IMG/VR virus record: IMGVR_UViG_3300018049_001835
DNA: 57,409 bases
From: an uncultured virus (IMG/VR IMGVR_UViG_3300018049_001835)
Taxonomy: Duplodnaviria > Heunggongvirae > Uroviricota > Caudoviricetes
Strand: one strand, 5' to 3'
Both the position numbers and the translations under genes were made by a program. The notes below the pieces were generated by a model that was not told the origin of the DNA, ran no database searches, and was given only the letters and a program-made list of their open reading frames with translations. This document shows positions 40,201-48,876 of the stretch, one piece after another (positions within the stretch are counted from its first letter, which is position 1; each line of letters opens with the position of its first letter).

Positions 40201-43200
40201 ACATCTGAAAGTGCAATACTTGCAGCAAATGTAACTGTACCAGTACCTTGGTCAACTGTAAAGAATCTACCAACACGGAAGAAACCATCTTGGTCAGTAC
40301 TTACAAAGAACACTCTACCTTTGTTACGTTCTTGTATTTCATTATCTTGTACAGCTTCTCTTGCTGGGAAACCTAAAATAACATTTGGATAGTTTGTTTG
40401 GTTAAATGAACCTGTACCTATGTCTAGGAAGTCGTGTCCTGTAGCTCTACATGTACTAATTTGTATAGTAATTTTTGCTGGAGCACCGTCTTGTAATCCT
40501 GCTCTAAGAGCAATTACACTATTAAAGCCTTGGCTAAGTGGTTGTGAAATACCCGATGCTACACCTGTAACGTTTGTGTCTCTAATTTCAACTAGTGTTG
40601 GAACAAGATTTACAGAATTTGTAGCCAGGTCAGTCATAGTTGTATAAGTTGCGCCATTGTCAATACTGATTTCTAATGCACCAGTTGTATTAAAGTTTAC
40701 GCCTGACCAGTCATATAAGTCTAATACATTTTCATTGAATTGTGCTACTTTAACTTTACCGCTTGCTGAAGTATTACCAACTTGTCTAACAAGAACAGAT
40801 CTTTGTGCTAGATTGTAGAAAACATCTCTTTCCCAAGAGCCATAGTCATTTAGAGTAAGTTTAACTTCTTCAATTTCTTTTAAGTCAACTACCGCATAGG
40901 TGTTTTCTTCTGAGAAAGTTGTTTTTATGTTGTGATTACCACTTTCAACTTTTACTTCTCTATAGTTATAAACAATATGTTTTTTACCACGCCAAGAAAT
41001 AACTTTGGGTAATTCATATGTTATAGTATAGTCTCTACCAGTGTCGTCTGCCGGAATAGTTTGGAATTGTGCATCTGTATCAAAGTTGTTATTTAATTTA
41101 AATATATCTTTTAATTCTGAAAGTCGTTCAATCGCAATAGTAGTGTCGCCTTGTGTTCCGCCTAGAGTTGTTGAACTAGATGGAACTGACAATGTAGACC
41201 CTGCTAAGTTTTTATAACTATCGTTAATTAAAAGTTGTACAAAATCATATGTTGCGTCAAAGCCTGTTAAAGATTCGTCATCTAAAAGTAATCCACCTGC
41301 ACTATCGTTTACTCCAAAACTAATTGATCTATAAGTATCTAATGGATCATCGTCGAAGTTTACAGCCGTACTAGGTCTAATTGTTAAACTACCTACACTT
41401 TCGATATCTCTAAATAAGTGTGTTTGGTTTTGCCTAATATCGACAGGTTGGTTAACTGGAATATCCTGGAATAATCCATCGTTATCGAACTGGTCATTTG
41501 ATGTACTAAAGTTAAGTTTATAAACTTGTCCATCTCGCTGAGGTGTAAAGTTAGGAATAATATTAATAGCACCACTAATTGACATACGTCTAATGCTTCC
41601 TGTTTGGATACCGTTATCAATGTTTACTGTGCTACGGTTAATTTCTGTTACTGTTACTGTTGCATCATGTGTAGGACTTACACCACCTAGTTGCGTTCCT
41701 GATATTGTAAACGTGTCACCAATCTTGTAGTGATCTCCACGTTCTGTACCAAATATATTAACTTTATAAATTCCTGATTGTCCGTTTACAGTTTGTTGAG
41801 ATTTAGATATAACTATAACAGCTTCTGTAGTTTCTGTAACAGGATCGCTTTCATCATTACCTACTACTCCATTTACATTTGTTGTTCTTGCTACAGGATT
41901 AAAAACATACTCTGTGTTGTCTAATGTATAACCGTCAACTAAAATACCATTCATTGTTTGAATGTTTGCAAGCTCATAACGTCCTATTCTATTTAAAGGT
42001 GATACAGGATCATCATCATGGTAATAATCTATTTCACCTTTATTAGTAGGAATATGTTCTAAATCGTATACGTGCATACTAAGTTGTGTTGCTACGTTAG
42101 TGTAACCAGTTGTATCTACTCCATTAAGAGCAATATCAACACCCGAGTCTACACCATTTACAAAGATACTATCGCCAGGTGTAAAACTTCCTGATGTAGT
42201 ATCAAGATATAGTTTCTTGCCTACTGTTGCAAAAACTGATTCGCCGCTTGCACTTGGTGTAGAACCAGCATTAGCAATAGCATCGCCTGCCGTTACACTT
42301 AAATTTGCTGTAAGTTCAAGAACTGTAACAGCACTAAATGTTTTTGCTGACTGTACCATGTCATTCTTAAGAACAACATTGTCTGGTACTTCGTTAGGGT
42401 CACTACCTTGTGAAACAAGTCCATATACACCATTTGCGTTAGAACCGTTTAATGATCTAATTTGTCCACCATTACCTGCATAGTATGCTGTATGACAGTA
42501 GTATGTAAACATACTAACCATTTCACTCAATCCGCCGTTAATAGTAACAAGCCCATAACCTAAGTCGTTAACTTGTGTAAAGTCGTTACCTAGCTGAGAT
42601 CTGTTACCCGCTGTTTGAAGTGTTATAGCATAGCCGCCGCCTGGTATAGGTAGTTCAACTTCATCCCAACCTATGTTAATATCTGGGTTTGCGTCACTTA
42701 CTGGTCCAGAAGTTGAGTCAAGTATTAATCTTGCTGTTGGAGCAAGTAATGCACCACCGTCATTGTAATCAGTAACATCGTTTACCTGATATCTAATACC
42801 ATTAATATAAAATGGGCAAGGTGTTTGCGGCTTTCTAATAGACAAACCGCTTCCTGGGTCTGCTGTAACTAATAGCTCAAATCCGTTAGCTTCAACACTT
42901 GTAACTTTAACTGGAGTGTTAGCACAGAACGCATCAACTAGCATCCCGCCTCTAAATGCTTGTCTATTAAGTGATTGCGAGAAACTTGACCCTGTTTGAA
43001 TATATGGTGATTTAGTAAGAATTTGTCCTTCTGGATCTAGCACACACATAAATCCGCCATGACCTTGAACAGTCATATTACGTAGGATAGTAGCATCATT
43101 CATTAAGAAAGCATCTAGTGCTGTTGATCGTTTTGCTGGGTTCCAGTCATTGTTTGGACTTTCGTCGTTACCCCATTTAATCAATTCAACAATATCATAC

Positions 43201-46200
43201 ACTAAGTTACCATTGCCAGCGACATCTGCACCACCTGTCAAGTTTGTATTGATGTATTGAGTTGGATGATCTGAACCTTTAAAAGCTGCATAAAGTATGT
43301 TATTGTAAGCATTGTTTATAATTACATTTTGTATAACATCAGCCGCTGATATAATACTTTGGTATCTTGGGGTTGCCTCATTTGTATAATTTAACCCATC
43401 GAAGAAAATACTACCTTGGATATGTAATGTATTAATGCTACCACCTGCTCTTAAATCAGCAGCAATAGCGTCACATAAACTTCCTATTGTTCTTCTATAT
43501 CTGTCTCTAGCCTGATCGTCCCATACAACACCTGCATATCCTGTATATCCTGGTTGTCCTTGGTTACTTTGATCTTTTGAAAAATCAAGGAATGCAATAA
43601 CTTCTGCAATTACAAATTCTTTGTTCTTTTCAATTAAAACAGCTGCATCTACATACTGTCCTGGATTTGTAATAGCAAGGTTGCCGCCATTGTCTACGTT
43701 TTTTGGTAAATTGGGGTTGTATAGATAATGTCTACCAAAATATCCATCTGTTTCTCCTGTAAGCGGATTAATATATGCTTCACCGTCTACTGGTAAGTTA
43801 GGATCTGCTACACCTGTGACACTATCACTGTCACCTGTTAAGCCGTCAAATTCTTTATCTCTATAAAAATATGTTCCAGACCATGGTGATTGAGAAACTT
43901 CATCTTTTGGACGAATAATAACTCGTCTAAATTCATCACCAACTAGTGATACGTTTGCAGGAACTCTAATTGGATAGTCTTCAAAATACTGTCCTGTTTC
44001 TATTCTAATAGTGATTTGTCTATTGTTAACAATGTTGCCCATTTCCAGTTTTTCACCTATTGTGAATTCTACTGGTGTAAGCAATTCTAGTTCTGCTAAA
44101 TCGTCAGTAGATCCTGGATTGTTAATGTTATCATCGCCTGTAAAATATCTAATAATTTTACCAATAGCCCCAGATGTCTTACCTCTAATAACTTTACCTA
44201 CTCGTAGATCTCTGTTTTGTGGATCGCCTTGGTCAACTTTACCTTGGCTTATTCCGTTAACACTGTTACTAAAAAATAGTTCGTATCTGTTACCGGTCTG
44301 CGGAGTCTCTGCAGAGAACACACCATTCAAAACAATATCTCTTTGTATTGCCATATTACCTGATATGCCAGTTACTGAAGCTGCGTCATCGCTGTCTGGC
44401 TGGTTAGAACCAAATGTAATCAATTCTTGTGTGTAAATTGTTTGCGAAGGAGTTACAGGTGTATTTGTAATAATACTTGCTGTAATAGTCCTTGCTTGCT
44501 CTAATAAATGTGCATAAACAGTTTTTAGTAGACCATTTTGTGACCTACCATATTCGTCATTATAAAACTCTACACCAACCCTTGTAGATAGTGCTGATGC
44601 AAGTGTACCTGCTACGTGATCTAACAGTGCTGCATCCAATGCTATGCTCAAATCAAGTTCAAGAGCTCTATCATTTACAACTCTATCTGTCCAGTTGACT
44701 GTAGTTGTTCCAACAGTAGTTGTAGCTTTATTTTCTATTTGTTCATTTTTCCATGCTATAACTTCAGCAATAATAAAGTTTTTGTTAGCATCAACAAGTG
44801 ACTTAGTGTTACCTCTACTATCAAGACCTGCACCTGTTGCATAGCCTCGTTGTGTAACTTGTGAAAGTTCTACAACAGCGGGATCGCCTTCGTTTATTAC
44901 TCGTGATGTAAATATGTCCTGCATATAAGGACCAGGTTCAAATGGTGAAGCAATTTGTATCTGCTCTGCCTTACGTGCTGCTGCGCCTATTGTTCTATAC
45001 GCATATGCTAGTGAACTACCTTCCTTACCTGGAGGAGCAACATTTTGTGCATCATTACCTACAACACTAACAAATATATTTGCACTTGATTCTGTTGATT
45101 GGCTATCTACATATAACTTTGATACAGCCTGTAAGTCTGCAATACCATTTGGAGTTCCTGCTCCTGCTAAATCACCTGGATGGTCATGGAGTGTAAGCGG
45201 ACCCTCCATAGTATCGCCTTGTCTTCTTACAATGCTATCACGTGGCATTACCTGATGGCTTAAGAAAAATCCTTCTAGGTCTTCGTTGAAGCCGCCGTCT
45301 GTAATACTCAAACCTGCCGAATCAGTTGTTGTTAATTTGTATCTTCTTCTATTTCTTTCTACAGAGTCATTTAGTAGTGCATCTTCTGGATTAGCAAAAA
45401 ATCCAATATTATTTTCGTCCAAAATACCAAGATATACTACATCGCCATTTTCTAAAGGACCATAAATTAGTTGATTGTTGTCGTCCAAGTCTGTGCTAGA
45501 AACTAGGGTGTCAGTTGCTGGATCAATTCTACTCCAATTTAATCCTGTACCTGAAGTATTAAAAATGTATGCTGCACCATCAGAACCTCTTGTCAATCCG
45601 TGTTGTGGTATAAGTGCTGTCCCAACACCAACCGCAGATGATAAACTTACTGTAAAGACTTTTGTATAACTTGATCCGTCAGCAGGCTCTGCTGGTACGT
45701 TAATTGTTTCTCCTGGATCTTGTCTACGGATGTAGTTTTTGTCAGCAAACTTCTTGTCAATAACTATATCATCGATAGAAAAAGATGTACCATGAGTATT
45801 GTTAAATCCAGTTACGTCATCTAGTTCAGTTCCTACATTTGCTATAGCAACGCCGGCGGCATTTAATGGACCACCTAATACTGGTTTAGCATCTGATTGT
45901 AATGTTATACTATTTAATTTTAGAATAATTTTGCCGTTAGTAGCAACACTTACATCAATAGTGTCTACATTGGCGGGATTCTCGTCGCTGTCAGAGCCTA
46001 GTTTTCTAATTTCAATTTCTGTGCCGTCTTGTGATACTATTGGCAAGTAAGCATCAACGCCGTCACCTTTAAATGGATTTAAACTGTCTGGTGTGTCAGC
46101 AAGCAATGTAAAGGTTATTTGTCCACCTTTACCTACTACAGCATATATCTCTTGAAAGTTTTCGTTTACCTTACGAAACGATTCTCTAATACTATCACCG

Positions 46201-46247
46201 GTTCCGTCATTACCTTCAATGCCGATGTCTACTTCTTGTCTTGCCAT
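37296..46247 (-). CDS. Giant tail/baseplate fibre protein (2983 aa) with a C-terminal intramolecular-chaperone (peptidase G2-like) domain
   Basis: gp9/10-type N-terminus (GNDGTGDSIRESFRKVN); beta-helix start (YPIRVPANVSLVGDEFR); C-terminal ADLAEMY...GVVS.NP...GRVPCKV.G.VKKGD.LVTS. Confidence 0.78.
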   Translation of the reverse strand: MARQEVDIGIEGNDGTGDSIRESFRKVNENFQEIYAVVGKGGQITFTLLADTPDSLNPFKGDGVDAYLPIVSQDGTEIEIRKLGSDSDENPANVDTIDVSVATNGKIILKLNSITLQSDAKPVLGGPLNAAGVAIANVGTELDDVTGFNNTHGTSFSIDDIVIDKKFADKNYIRRQDPGETINVPAEPADGSSYTKVFTVSLSSAVGVGTALIPQHGLTRGSDGAAYIFNTSGTGLNWSRIDPATDTLVSSTDLDDNNQLIYGPLENGDVVYLGILDENNIGFFANPEDALLNDSVERNRRRYKLTTTDSAGLSITDGGFNEDLEGFFLSHQVMPRDSIVRRQGDTMEGPLTLHDHPGDLAGAGTPNGIADLQAVSKLYVDSQSTESSANIFVSVVGNDAQNVAPPGKEGSSLAYAYRTIGAAARKAEQIQIASPFEPGPYMQDIFTSRVINEGDPAVVELSQVTQRGYATGAGLDSRGNTKSLVDANKNFIIAEVIAWKNEQIENKATTTVGTTTVNWTDRVVNDRALELDLSIALDAALLDHVAGTLASALSTRVGVEFYNDEYGRSQNGLLKTVYAHLLEQARTITASIITNTPVTPSQTIYTQELITFGSNQPDSDDAASVTGISGNMAIQRDIVLNGVFSAETPQTGNRYELFFSNSVNGISQGKVDQGDPQNRDLRVGKVIRGKTSGAIGKIIRYFTGDDNINNPGSTDDLAELELLTPVEFTIGEKLEMGNIVNNRQITIRIETGQYFEDYPIRVPANVSLVGDEFRRVIIRPKDEVSQSPWSGTYFYRDKEFDGLTGDSDSVTGVADPNLPVDGEAYINPLTGETDGYFGRHYLYNPNLPKNVDNGGNLAITNPGQYVDAAVLIEKNKEFVIAEVIAFLDFSKDQSNQGQPGYTGYAGVVWDDQARDRYRRTIGSLCDAIAADLRAGGSINTLHIQGSIFFDGLNYTNEATPRYQSIISAADVIQNVIINNAYNNILYAAFKGSDHPTQYINTNLTGGADVAGNGNLVYDIVELIKWGNDESPNNDWNPAKRSTALDAFLMNDATILRNMTVQGHGGFMCVLDPEGQILTKSPYIQTGSSFSQSLNRQAFRGGMLVDAFCANTPVKVTSVEANGFELLVTADPGSGLSIRKPQTPCPFYINGIRYQVNDVTDYNDGGALLAPTARLILDSTSGPVSDANPDINIGWDEVELPIPGGGYAITLQTAGNRSQLGNDFTQVNDLGYGLVTINGGLSEMVSMFTYYCHTAYYAGNGGQIRSLNGSNANGVYGLVSQGSDPNEVPDNVVLKNDMVQSAKTFSAVTVLELTANLSVTAGDAIANAGSTPSASGESVFATVGKKLYLDTTSGSFTPGDSIFVNGVDSGVDIALNGVDTTGYTNVATQLSMHVYDLEHIPTNKGEIDYYHDDDPVSPLNRIGRYELANIQTMNGILVDGYTLDNTEYVFNPVARTTNVNGVVGNDESDPVTETTEAVIVISKSQQTVNGQSGIYKVNIFGTERGDHYKIGDTFTISGTQLGGVSPTHDATVTVTEINRSTVNIDNGIQTGSIRRMSISGAINIIPNFTPQRDGQVYKLNFSTSNDQFDNDGLFQDIPVNQPVDIRQNQTHLFRDIESVGSLTIRPSTAVNFDDDPLDTYRSISFGVNDSAGGLLLDDESLTGFDATYDFVQLLINDSYKNLAGSTLSVPSSSTTLGGTQGDTTIAIERLSELKDIFKLNNNFDTDAQFQTIPADDTGRDYTITYELPKVISWRGKKHIVYNYREVKVESGNHNIKTTFSEENTYAVVDLKEIEEVKLTLNDYGSWERDVFYNLAQRSVLVRQVGNTSASGKVKVAQFNENVLDLYDWSGVNFNTTGALEISIDNGATYTTMTDLATNSVNLVPTLVEIRDTNVTGVASGISQPLSQGFNSVIALRAGLQDGAPAKITIQISTCRATGHDFLDIGTGSFNQTNYPNVILGFPAREAVQDNEIQERNKGRVFFVSTDQDGFFRVGRFFTVDQGTGTVTFAASIALSDVDGIGFKRGVVVTEFSTDNAMSDNANDTVPVESAVRGYVNRRLGYDQQGNAVTNPLGPSVLQQNGSVPLTGNLQANSNTITGIAPVDLTLTAGTTAVNKDYVDSRAEGVKKFKDLRDTSIGGGQAGDILGLTGHYSIWLDANSINNKSEFVAGRVLTNSGGTTNYGTISGYDDEVYDNGLGDVYIVYFDAGPDIATLSEFNLGFNGTTIAGLKSGAPAIYSKPDGGVVGGNAKYINGPFQDIINISEEPFVNATPVSDISLSTRRLDNDDAVPSTPSNPTAYYNMQINPGVILNADVNDSAGIVQSKLDMQESDTFVTTADDQITIPATEVVVGFNYEIILQGTTDFTTLGASASTAGTTFTATVSNPNITGGGTVKRLQSNIVVKDLADDTDANNQATLGLSSFDGANFKVTRGHVQLKDNGIPKTKIEQIATQTVLGNSTANTANVAEVTFETVVNDGKGIQHGDFSTTAIDAEAGQEVMLRTDSTADAELYAVTTTTTTGEASKIVSTDTGGNIDAQGYKLNNYTIITQSGSGSDGVLTVKSIQTGVGITVAGGSATDPAYTTVYGDLNVGNLTDPDGADADSDPDVFDRSALHVSADTAFDTANSITGTESRFVASKWMYTNFIESVDEKGATSAGIALGSYSGKVDVGNVGIIATNGTVQKTVASFGMLDSDSDGTVDTLAIWPEDDNTVDIGNANYRYKTIYVKAVNVDGDITSSGGTFGNIQVGVTADGEIDTSDGDLTLDSTGGTVIVDDNLTVEGTSTLKGDVDIGNAIASDTLTVSAKVDSNFIPSGTSRNLGDSTDYWANVFTRSLTTGANTTTGTITGDWSLTSGSKLQSTYADLAEMYSADAEYEVGTVVVFGGEAEITLTNTKGDTRVAGVVSENPAFVMNQECPGIATCIALQGRVPCKVIGTVKKGDMLVTSAIPGYAIVNNTPGVGSVIGKAVTTKDTDDKGIVEVVVGRV

Positions 46248-46248
46248 T

Positions 46249-46623
46249 TTATTTTAGCTCCAAAATTTGTATATTGTCTTCTATGTTATCATTAAAATTA
46301 ACGCTTACGCCGCATCCGCAACTACTTTGAGCGTTAGGATTATTAATAACAAATTGGGTCTGGAATACATCTTTAGAATAATCTACTTCACTTCCAAATA
46401 GATACATTAAACTAGTTGCATCTACTACTAGATTTCCATTATTTGTAGGTATTATTTCGTCATTTACACCTACGTCTTCCTTATTGACCATGCTCCACTC
46501 GTATTCAAATCCTGCACAACCGCCTCCTTTCAGTCCTAAATGCACGGCAAAGTGTTTTGGCTCTACATTGCATAGTTCATCTATTTTTTCTTTGGCTGAT
46601 TTAGTAAGATTTAATACAAACAT
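46249..46623 (-). CDS. iscA: A-type Fe-S carrier (IscA/ErpA/HesB family)
   Basis: GGGCAGFEY and SCGCG.S motifs. Start at ATG 46623 behind AAGGAG. Confidence 0.9.
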   Translation of the reverse strand: MFVLNLTKSAKEKIDELCNVEPKHFAVHLGLKGGGCAGFEYEWSMVNKEDVGVNDEIIPTNNGNLVVDATSLMYLFGSEVDYSKDVFQTQFVINNPNAQSSCGCGVSVNFNDNIEDNIQILELK

Positions 46624-46683
46624 CTGTACTCCTTTAATATATTTATCGATAAGTTTTATAATCCTAATGTAATAAATATAATT

Positions 46684-46971
46684 ATGTTCATAAAAGAATT
46701 TGTTGTACAAACAAGACATGTGAGAACGTCAAAATTAGGTCGTACGCACCCTTACACACGCAAAAAGACCTACGTGTTACTAAGATGTGATAACTGTGAT
46801 AACGAGTTTGAAAGACCTAGAGGCAAGATGGATGCCAAGCGGTTAAGCAACAATTATTTTCATGTGTGTAATGATTGTGATAGCAAAAAATTTGCACAAA
46901 AAAAGGGAGTAGAACAAAAACAGAAATGGAAATTTTCTGCTAGTTCTGATCTCCCTATTAGTAAACTTTAG
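46684..46971 (+). CDS. Small basic putative zinc-binding protein
   Basis: CDNC...CNDC; ATAAATA 5 nt upstream of the ATG. Confidence 0.7.
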   Translation: MFIKEFVVQTRHVRTSKLGRTHPYTRKKTYVLLRCDNCDNEFERPRGKMDAKRLSNNYFHVCNDCDSKKFAQKKGVEQKQKWKFSASSDLPISKL

Positions 46972-47219
46972 TCTACGTAACTTGCATTAACATAGCAACA
47001 ACTAGGACCGTCTTCGTGATCTAATCCTTCTTTTGCATGTTCAAATACAGTTTGGCACCAGTCATCTCTATCATAAGTGCTTACAACATCAACTATTGAG
47101 ATAGTTTGTCCTGTTTCTACTTTAGTAATAGTAACATTATACAGTTCTTTAGTAACACCTTCAGATACTTCTCTTGTATTTTCAGATGTTTCAACAGTCA
47201 ATATATACTCTCTAGACAT
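46968..47219 (-). CDS. Hypothetical protein
   Basis: 83-aa ORF. Confidence 0.55.
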   Translation of the reverse strand: MSREYILTVETSENTREVSEGVTKELYNVTITKVETGQTISIVDVVSTYDRDDWCQTVFEHAKEGLDHEDGPSCCYVNASYVD

Positions 47220-47222
47220 TTA

Positions 47223-47387
47223 TTAATCTTCTTTTTTGTAGATAGTCCATGCACCGTATGCAATAGCACCGTATGCAACTAAACTAGCAATTGGTTTGAA
47301 GATAAGAAATGCTACACCTGCACCAATAAGTACAGCGCCATCAAGCGAAGTTCTTTCGCCTAGTCTGTCTATAATCCATTTTTTCAT
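47223..47387 (-). CDS. Small two-TM membrane protein (54 aa)
   Basis: Read by hand: MKKWIIDRLGERTSLDGAVLIGAGVAFLIFKPIASLVAYGAIAYGAWTIYKKED. TAATG coupling. Confidence 0.7.
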   Translation of the reverse strand: MKKWIIDRLGERTSLDGAVLIGAGVAFLIFKPIASLVAYGAIAYGAWTIYKKED

Positions 47388-47542
47388 TAGAACTTATATC
47401 CTCCTGGTCTAGTATTTTCAGTTGTTTTCATCGACCTTTTTTCTTCAGGTAGTTTTTGCTCGGGCTTTAGTTTAATAGGTTGAAAAGGTTTCTTATCTAT
47501 TCTAAGTCCGTCAATCTTTTTTAGTTTTAAACTTTCTACCAT
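47387..47542 (-). CDS. Small basic protein (51 aa)
   Basis: Start placed at ATG 47542 behind AGGAG. Confidence 0.55.
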   Translation of the reverse strand: MVESLKLKKIDGLRIDKKPFQPIKLKPEQKLPEEKRSMKTTENTRPGGYKF

Positions 47543-47608
47543 AATTAGTCTCCTATATAGAGTATTTATGTAAATATACAAGCAAATATTTTATTATGGA
47601 GAATAATT

Positions 47609-47851
47609 ATGTTTAATTGGTTACGCAATCTTTTTTCATCTGCACAGCCAGAGCCAGTAGCAAAGCCTGCTCCTGCGCCTGCACCAAAGAAAGCAGAAGC
47701 TAAAAAGACTACTGTCAAAAAAGCAGACTTAGCAAAAATGACTAAAGAAAAACTTGAAGCATTTGCAAAAGAAAATTATAAAGTCGATATTGATAGAAGA
47801 AAGAAAAAAGCAGACCTAGTTGACGAAGTATTTAAACTTTCTAAGAAGTAA
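47609..47851 (+). CDS. Small Lys/Ala/Pro-rich protein with a Rho-N/HeH-like C-terminus
   Basis: GGAG SD; LAKMTKEKLEAFAKE...KKKADLV pattern. Confidence 0.6.
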   Translation: MFNWLRNLFSSAQPEPVAKPAPAPAPKKAEAKKTTVKKADLAKMTKEKLEAFAKENYKVDIDRRKKKADLVDEVFKLSKK

Positions 47852-48134
47852 TATTTCTAACACTTAGTCTTTCGATAGCAGACTCACAGCGAGCCAGCTT
47901 ACGCTCTAATACAGTGATAGCGGCTCGCTGTTTTCTTGACTGTTCTTCCAAACTACGAACATACTGTAAAGTAGGAAGTTCTTGAGTTGAGCCATCTTCT
48001 CCCAGCAACACCATAGTATCTACACCTTGGGCTTTTAACCCGCCCGTTACACGATTAGGATTTTTTGTAGATTCGCTAGATGATGATTGGGTCTGGGCCG
48101 GATTTCTTCCGTACATTTTGTTTAAATAGCTCAT
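47841..48134 (-). CDS. Hypothetical coiled-coil protein
   Basis: GGAG SD and GTAAATA at 48152-48158. Confidence 0.65.
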   Translation of the reverse strand: MSYLNKMYGRNPAQTQSSSSESTKNPNRVTGGLKAQGVDTMVLLGEDGSTQELPTLQYVRSLEEQSRKQRAAITVLERKLARCESAIERLSVRNITS

Positions 48135-48154
48135 TGTTTATCTCCGTACTGTAT

Positions 48155-48868
48155 TTACTCTGCTTGCTCATAGAATTGTGAACGTCTTGGATCATGCTCA
48201 TATGTTGCATTTGAAGTATAGTAGAATAGTATTAAACTATCTCTAGTTATTGTTTTTGGACATTCTATAGGTTCGGGATGCCCATGAACTAAATCATAAC
48301 CATAGTCCCAAAAAATTAATCTATTAGGCTTTGGTGCAATTTTTTTAACACATTCTGTTCTTTCATTGTTCCAAAATTCTAAATGTCCATTCCACTCTTC
48401 TTTCCAATCTTTGTTAAGATAGAGTATGGCATTCTTTTGTCTATTTAATTTAAGACCGTTATTCCAATTAAAGTCTGTATGTAATCCTAATGATGTATTT
48501 CTGCTACTTCTACAAAACCCACCGCCTAAGAAGTGAGGATCTGGAACAAGAGATTCTGTACCAGTACAAACTTCTAACCAATCTACAAACAATTTACTGT
48601 TAAAACTATTTGCAAGGGTTTGTAGTAAAGGCGCCTCAGCAAAGTTTCTACATTCTCTTCGTTCGCTATACTGATTAGCAAAAATTTTATAGCGTTCTTC
48701 CGGGATATCTTCAAATGAATTTATAATAGTATTGTACAACCATGGTGGCAAAAAGTTGTCTATCATATAAAATGGAGTAGGCTCACCTTTTGCATATTCT
48801 GCAAAAATTGTTTCTGGATTGTAAGTTGTACTTAGATCTTGGAAAAAATTATATATTTGTTCATGCAT
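48155..48868 (-). CDS. 2OG-Fe(II) oxygenase
   Basis: LGLHTD...LYLN..W...W.G.LE...P..NRL...HG...R.S. Confidence 0.85.
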   Translation of the reverse strand: MHEQIYNFFQDLSTTYNPETIFAEYAKGEPTPFYMIDNFLPPWLYNTIINSFEDIPEERYKIFANQYSERRECRNFAEAPLLQTLANSFNSKLFVDWLEVCTGTESLVPDPHFLGGGFCRSSRNTSLGLHTDFNWNNGLKLNRQKNAILYLNKDWKEEWNGHLEFWNNERTECVKKIAPKPNRLIFWDYGYDLVHGHPEPIECPKTITRDSLILFYYTSNATYEHDPRRSQFYEQAE

Positions 48869-48876
48869 AAAACTAT

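Noticed and set aside
505..46050. Numerous plus-strand ORFs of 60-140 aa antisense to large genes
   Set aside because: They are shadow ORFs from codon bias, with no SD, promoter or motifs.
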